A stretch of 64,000 nucleotides of DNA, taken from contig OY970325.1 in NCBI GenBank assembly GCA_963717145.1, forward strand, positions 256,001 to 320,000. Reading direction: 5' to 3'. Position numbers and translations under genes: made by a program. The notes below the pieces were generated by a model, which was not told where the DNA came from, did no database searches, and was given only the letters and a program-made list of their open reading frames with translations. This document shows, piece after piece, positions 58,801 through 64,000 of the stretch. This DNA is from an uncultured Armatimonadetes bacterium (GTDB lineage: Bacteria; Armatimonadota; UBA5829; DTJY01). Each line of letters begins with the position of its first letter. The first letter of the stretch is position 1.

Positions 58801-60026
58801 ATGACCAGTTCCAGATCCTCTGTCGTGATGTTTCCGTACGATGACGTCGGACCGTACTCCACCTGTGATGTCGAATTCTCGTTGGTGTGCCAGGTTATCA
58901 GTACCGAGTTGGTCTCCGGGTATGCCGTCTCCTCGCTGATCTCGGGTGGAGTTGTATCCAGTGGGGTAGTGGTGAACGCCACGTCGTCGGACACGCCAGT
59001 GTTGCCCGCTCCATCGAGCGATTGCGCCCTGAGGTGGTACCCGGTCGAGGGCTCGAGCCCCCTGATGGTCACATGGTGATAGGTGATGAGTCTGGTGTCC
59101 AGCACGCTGGAGCTGCCATATGAGGTTGTTTCGCCATAGCTCACCAGAGTATCAGCCGGTTCATCCGTCAGCCAGGTGACGACCACGGATCTGGCGCCGG
59201 GCACTACGGTCAGGCCGGAAATCAGTGGCGGAAACTTGTCTTCTCCCTCCAGACGGAACGTGTGGTCGGGAGAAATCGCAGAGTTGCCCACTGCGTCGGT
59301 GGAGTGAATCCTGAAGTGGTAGAGTGTCAGCGGATCGAGTCCCGTGATGCTCACCGAGTGCTGCGTGACGTCAGCGTTGTCCAGGGTGGTCAGGTTGCCG
59401 TAGCCGATGGTAGTTCCGTACTCGACCTGCGAGTCAGCGGGTTCGTCGGTATCCCAGGTGATCACAGCCGATTCCGAGCCCGCGACGACCTGCACGTTCG
59501 AGATGATCGGAGGCGACTGGTCGCCGCCGTGGGAATAGAATCGAACCGCATCTGCGACAACGATCTTGTTGATATCCGGGCCATTGTTCGTTATCTGAAC
59601 GTAGTTGCCGGTCCCGGGGTTCATGTCATACGTTCCCAGGAAGACCCACGTGCCGCCGTTCTGCTGCTGATTGACTTGCAGGACGGTGTCAGGCTCGGTT
59701 CCGGCATGGTGCACCGTGACGTTGGCGCGCACCGTCCTGTCCATTCCAGCCGGGTACCAGATGTAGACCTCCCACTGCATGCCTGTCGCCCCCAGGTCCG
59801 GGGTGAAGGTCACCGAGTTGCCGTTTCCAGGGCTCTGACTGCAGTAGAGGTAGCTGTCGCCCTTCTTGGCGCTCGACGAGGTGCCCGTCGTCCAAGTGCC
59901 CGTCACACTGATCCATTCGGAGTTCACCTTGTCATCGATGATTATGTCGTTGGCCATCACTGCCGGTGACAGCAGTGCCACGACAAGCGCCGTTATCAGG
60001 ACGAACCTCGGCCGTAGGACTTGCAT
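55836..60026 (-). CDS. Large secreted protein: golvesin-like domain, six FN3-like repeats, GHL10 hydrolase, carboxypeptidase-regulatory-like domain, conserved C-terminal domain
   Basis: VADAVRF; six PP-IS...W-TDEP...YG repeats; EVHAW, DGINFDYVRYP; GWNLLSLP. Confidence 0.85.
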   Translation of the reverse strand: MQVLRPRFVLITALVVALLSPAVMANDIIIDDKVNSEWISVTGTWTTGTSSSAKKGDSYLYCSQSPGNGNSVTFTPDLGATGMQWEVYIWYPAGMDRTVRANVTVHHAGTEPDTVLQVNQQQNGGTWVFLGTYDMNPGTGNYVQITNNGPDINKIVVADAVRFYSHGGDQSPPIISNVQVVAGSESAVITWDTDEPADSQVEYGTTIGYGNLTTLDNADVTQHSVSITGLDPLTLYHFRIHSTDAVGNSAISPDHTFRLEGEDKFPPLISGLTVVPGARSVVVTWLTDEPADTLVSYGETTSYGSSSVLDTRLITYHHVTIRGLEPSTGYHLRAQSLDGAGNTGVSDDVAFTTTPLDTTPPEISEETAYPETNSVLITWHTNENSTSQVEYGPTSSYGNITTEDLELVMDHSVLIPNLLPETDYHYRVISTDDSGNTSVSSDHTFTTKALDIAPPKTYTVKADPGSRTCVITWVTDEPATSQVRYGTSNPPTGETVEDITLVTDHSVTLTNLLPDTKYYYAVVSCDARRNCVTKGVYWFTTKSADVTPPVISEVSADPGSNSVVITWVTDEPATSLVGYGIGGYTSQTPLDSELVTDHRVVITGLDPDTTYTYCVVSKDAESNEINVGPFYFTTGGPDETPPVISEISVSRRMDSAIVRWKTNEPANSQVEYGITTDYGSESPLDVNLVTLHSVTLEGLLTDTLYHFRVKSTDGAGNTTVSEDHTFATSSTAPEYRMIWADTWHNGFLSAEETTAFVNKVSAANYNAIVVEVRKAGDAYYISQYEPWGTNITPPEGAYDPLQDLIDKAHAKGIEVHAWIVTYRAWFLTYPDAEAGHVWAEHGPESAEDWSMRTSGGGYQEGNSLNIDPGVPGVQDYIANIVKDIVGQYQTLDGINFDYVRYPGTNWGYNQYVRWRFQYEHGYYPPTSPVGEDGSNPSANWQVWCDYRRQQVTDLLTKCYVEAMYLNPRIKMSVDTVGWDGADPNTEYERTPQYAGVFQDARGWMNQHIIDINILMNYKREYNTVQKASYREWANWLPRAAGSSGRLAVDGQGIYMNSISASIDQMTYSRNSGCDGLCAYSYAVTNKDGQPAGAFFDAVTADLFSQPAPIPDMPWKDQPTTGIIFGTITDVAEPNHPIYRNWIYKASVTIRGPVERTTRTDATGTYAFLDLPPGIYRVAISKEGYGPKAFGGLELSAGDVLRKDAAIESGMLTSPPGMVTAGWNLLSLPAQPADPNPLVVFQGIDIDGTLYRRDGATQNLIIYSQYSPSDFGDVSIDDGYWLWTPVPSTISYEPADVAPQTERTIALPRAGWYIIGCPFMGPKDWNMVTVSQGLYTRPISTARNLGWLNTICYWWDNNGSNIMTLGLDDDYADTTLLQPWKGYWLHTGIDNLSITFH

Positions 60027-60139
60027 TCGTGTACCTCCTCGCTCTCGATCGAAGGAACGGACGTGATGAATCGAGTGGCCCGCATCGCCGGGCGGTGGCG
60101 GCGCGGGACCACTCGATGGAAAGTCACGCAATCATCACC

Positions 60140-62873
60140 CTACTGCAGGGTGAGCGTTATGTCATTAACGTAGGTCTGCACCCAGTAGCCGTGCCATGGC
60201 CTGATGATGTTCCAGGCAACGAAGTCCTCCGGTAGACCGAAGTCCACCAGGCTCTGAGTCTCCGCATCCCACCAGTAGCCGGTGGAATTCATCCAGTTGT
60301 TGGTCTGAGCGGCCGTGAGTATGGTCACCGTCTCAGCGCCATGCTTGACCGTGGTATCCGCCCACTGTCTGTCGGTCTCGAACGGGCAGCCCATGATCGC
60401 CCATCCTGCTGTGGGCAGAGGAATGTCGTGGGAGCTGCCGCTGCTCGGATTCGCCTCGTACGAAATCGTCCCGGCAGAGGCTGCTTGCAGCCAGTAGCCG
60501 TTTTCGATATCCATGTTGCCGAACTGCTCGGGACTCCATGTGTCGTAGATGAGGAGGCTCTGCGTCGGGTTGTCCCACCTGTAGAGCGCGCCGTCTATGC
60601 TGATTCCGCTGAGCACAACCGCCGGATCGGGGTTCACCGGCTGAAGTGGAAGGCTGATCAGACTCCAACCGTTGACAAGCACGCCGGCCGGGGATGTCTT
60701 GGTCACAGTTCCGAGCGCGACGTCCTTCCTGACCATCTGGCCTGCGCTCACCGATACGGCAGTGATCACCTGTGTCGGGAATCCGGTCTTGCTGATTGTG
60801 ACAGCGTAGGTTCCCGGCGTCAGATCGAGGAATCCGTATGTGCCAGTGGCGTCAGTCTGAGTGCTGCTGATCTCGGGGCCGCTCAGGGAGACTGTCGCCT
60901 TGTAGATCCAGTCTGCGTAAATCGGATCGTTGGGGGTCGATGCGTCCGTCACCGTTCCGAAGATCACGCCATTGGTAGGCTGAGTTTTCCAGGTCATCTC
61001 AGGTACGGGGACGTATTCCGGATAGACCTGGCTCTCCACGGTGCCGAAGAATAAGGGGGGATCCAGCACCGGAGGGCTGACGTGGGGAACCGCGTAGCTA
61101 TAGTTGCACATGCCACCATTGCCTGTCGATCGGCTATAGAGCATCTGAGTGACCGTATCTGCTATCGAGTTCAGATATGCGCCGTTTCCGTCAACAGAGA
61201 ATCTGCCGCTGGTGTCGCCGAGGTTGGCCAGGTAGTCGCTCCATATGCGGAAGTCCGGACCCTGTGCGGCATCGAACTCTCGCTTGTAGTTCATCTGGAC
61301 CGTCATATCGACTATGTGGTCGAGCATCCACTGCTTGCCGTTCTGATAGACATCGGCATACTGGCGGGTTCCCTCGAAGCTCGTGTTCGGGTTGCCCTGC
61401 GACCATGCGACCGTGTCTACCGAAACGTTGATCGTCGGGTTGATATAGGTTGCCTCCAGCCAAATCTTCTTCATGAGATCGCTGACCTGCTGCCTGCGAT
61501 AGTCGCACCAGGTGCTCCAACCGGCGCCTGCACTCGTGGTCGGCGGCATGTATCCATACTCGTCGAAGAAGCGCTGCATGGTGAGTTCGTTATATCCCCA
61601 TGTGGTGCCGGGATATCGAATGTAGTCGAAGTTGACACCGTCCATCGTCGGGTATTTCGACACGCAGTCTGTGACGACCTTGCAGAGATAGTCCTGCACG
61701 CCCGGAACGCCTGGATCGAGGTTCCAACTGGTGCCATCAGTGATGCTTCCGGTATTGGTCTTCATTGCCCACTCAGGATGCAGTGTCCAGACATGATTCG
61801 CGGGCGGGGCGGGCCAGTTATTCCTCCAGACCCGATATGCTACGAACCAGCCATGTACCTCGATGCCTTGCGCATGACACTTGGTCAGCATGTCCGCAAG
61901 TGGATCATAGGCGCCGCCACCCGGGCTGATGTTGGTTGCCCAGGGCTCGTAGGCCGAGTTATAGTAGGCGTCTCCTGATTTTCTGATCTCAGGGATCAGC
62001 ACATTGTAATTGGCCGCTGCCATCGTATTAACGAGGTTTGTCGTCTCCGCTTCAGTCAGGAAGCCGTTGTGCCATGTGTCGGCCCAGATCGCACGGACCT
62101 CGGGGACTGGAGGGGCGGTCGTGAACTGATAGTCGCCGGAAGCTGCCGGATTCCCCGAGCCATCGTCGGATTTGACGCGAAAATGAAACAGCGTCTGGGA
62201 TGTCAACCCCGAAACGGTGACAGAGTGGCTGGTAACCAGACCGGTATCCTTGGTCGTCTGGCTGCCATACCCCGCGGTCAGGCCGTACTCGACCTGCGAG
62301 GTAGCGGCCTCATCGGTGGTCCAGGTGATGATCGCGCTGTTCACACCCGGAGCCGAGGACACGCCACTGATCACCGGCGGAGTTGTATCGCCCGCGGTGA
62401 CCGAATAGAAGCGCATCGCGTCCGCGATTGCCCTTCTTGTTCCGCTGGCGGCGTAATTCGTGATGCGGGTGTAGTTTCCCGTGCCCGCATTCATCGTGTA
62501 CGCACCAACCAATACCCACATGCCCTGGTTTGCGTTCTGGGGTATGATGACGGTCGTATCCCCCAGCGGCGTGGTGCGTAATGAACTGCGTTCCCTGAGA
62601 TGATTGACTCACTGTTGGGAACCAGGTGTACACCTGCCAATCACTCGCCGTGGACGGTATGTTCGGCGTATACGTGGCAGTAGCCGATCCCGAGCTGCTC
62701 TGGTTGACGTACCGGTAGTCCGCCCCATACTTGTTCGTGGCGCTGGTCGCCGTGACCCAGGTGCCCGCAAATACAGCACTCGGATTGTCCACGATCACTT
62801 CCTGTGATGCTGTTGCCGGGACAACCAGGCCTATCAGCAACACAGCCAGGATGACCCACATTCCAGTCTTCAT
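60140..62873 (-). CDS. Paralogous secreted GHL10 protein with one FN3 repeat; frameshift ~62562
   Basis: MKTGMWVIL signal; extra G in a G run; DGVNFDYIRYP; GWSLISLP. Confidence 0.85.
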
Positions 62874-63007
62874 AATGCGATTCCTCCACTCCCTTGATAT
62901 TGAAGCTCCACTCTCAAAGCGTATCAACGAGAGGTCAAGAGCGTAATGACCTCCCTGTGCGGGGTTAACCATCAACAATACAGACGCATGCCCATCATTG
63001 AGCATAC

Positions 63008-63024
63008 TGCAAGATTGGTGCCAG
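63008..63024 (-). promoter_or_regulatory. Sigma-54 promoter
   Basis: CTGGCAC-CAATC-TTGCA on the minus strand, ~135 nt upstream of 62873. Confidence 0.72.
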
Positions 63025-63122
63025 TTACGCCGTTTTGCCCGCTATCAGGTAATCTCATAAGGTTACCCGACCTGCTGTCCCCTGCAGTAAAGACGTGCGA
63101 GCGTCACATCCGTTTCCTGTTC

Positions 63123-64000
63123 TTACTGCAATATCAGCGACAGATCGCCCACATAGGTCTGCACCCAGTAGCCGTGCCACGGCTGAATGATCTCGCTCGA
63201 GGCGAAGTCTTCCGGTATACCGAAGTCACACAGGCTCTGAGTGACAGCATCCCACCAATAACCGCTGGAATTTAGCCACTCGTTCGTCTTGGCGGCCGCG
63301 AGAATGGGTACCGTCTCAGTTCCATGCTTGACGAGGGTGTCTCCCCATTGTCTCTCAGTCTCGAACGGGCAGCCGATGATCGCCCATCCCATCGTCGGAA
63401 GCGATATCGTCCGCTGAGCGGACGTTCCGCCGTATGCCTGGTAGCTGATATTCGCAACCGATTCGGACTGCAGCCAGTAGCCGCTTCTCGATGCTCACAG
63501 TCCCGAACTGCTCGGGCTCCATGAATCGTAGAGCAGGAGACTCTGCGTCGGATTGTCCCACCTGTACAATCTGCCATCGATGTTGATGCCGCTGAATACC
63601 GACGCGGGATCGGGATTCGCAGGCATACAGGGAATGCTCAGCAGACTCCAGCCGTTCACGACGACTCCCTCAGGCGATGTCACAGTCACGAAGCCGAGAT
63701 CGAAGTCCTCCCGGAGCGCCTGACCGGCTGCAAGGACCTGCGCAGTGTAACTCCTGGTCGGGAATCCGCTCTTGGATGTGGTGACCGTGTAAGTCCCGGG
63801 AGGCAGATCGAGGAATCCATATGTCCCGGTGGCGTCGGTGCTCGTGCTGCGGGTGACGGGTCCGGTGAGGTTCACCGTCGCCTTGTAGATCCAATTCTTG
63901 TAGATCGAGTCGTTCGGCTTGGCGGCGTTCGTCACGGTCCCGAAGATCGTGCCCGTGGTCGGTGCGGTCTTCCACGGCATGTCCGGGATCGCGGCGGGCG
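63123..64000 (-). CDS. 3' part of a third paralog (two compensating indels ~63515 and ~63485)
   Basis: MPWKTAPTTGTIFG...GWSLLSIP...GWAIIGCPF...PWHGYW. Confidence 0.82.

Overview
GC-rich bacterial chromosome segment. The gene content suggests a diderm Terrabacteria lineage such as Armatimonadota (inference). 1-32.6 kb is a large flagellar cluster in two convergent arms. The + arm runs fliK-flgD-TIGR02530-flgE-[IS481]-flbD-motAB-fliL-fliNOPQR-flhBAFG-PilZ-fliA plus small ORFs. The - arm runs flgF-flgG-flgA-flgH-flgI-flgJ-flgM-flgN-flgK-flgL-fliW-csrA-fliC-fliD-fliS-fliT-like-M14 peptidase. 33-36.5 kb is hrcA, an archaeal-like (group III) chaperonin and grpE, with no dnaK following. 36.8-64 kb holds sugar-catabolic genes, secreted glycoside-hydrolase-like proteins, an S55 peptidase/beta-propeller fusion and three tandem GHL10 proteins sharing a C-terminal domain. 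The most striking non-genic signal is a dense set of short palindromic repeats: at least six REP-like families plus inverted heptamer arrays. One REP doublet sits in frame inside two different flagellar genes (flhF, flgN) and encodes nearly the same 19-20 aa peptide in both. Several doublets carry perfect, locus-specific inverted arms that match adjacent host sequence. An intact IS481 element (25-bp IRs, 6-bp target duplication) has inserted into a heptamer array. About ten single-base frameshifts, several in homopolymer runs, look like long-read consensus errors. No rRNA, tRNA or CRISPR array was seen.
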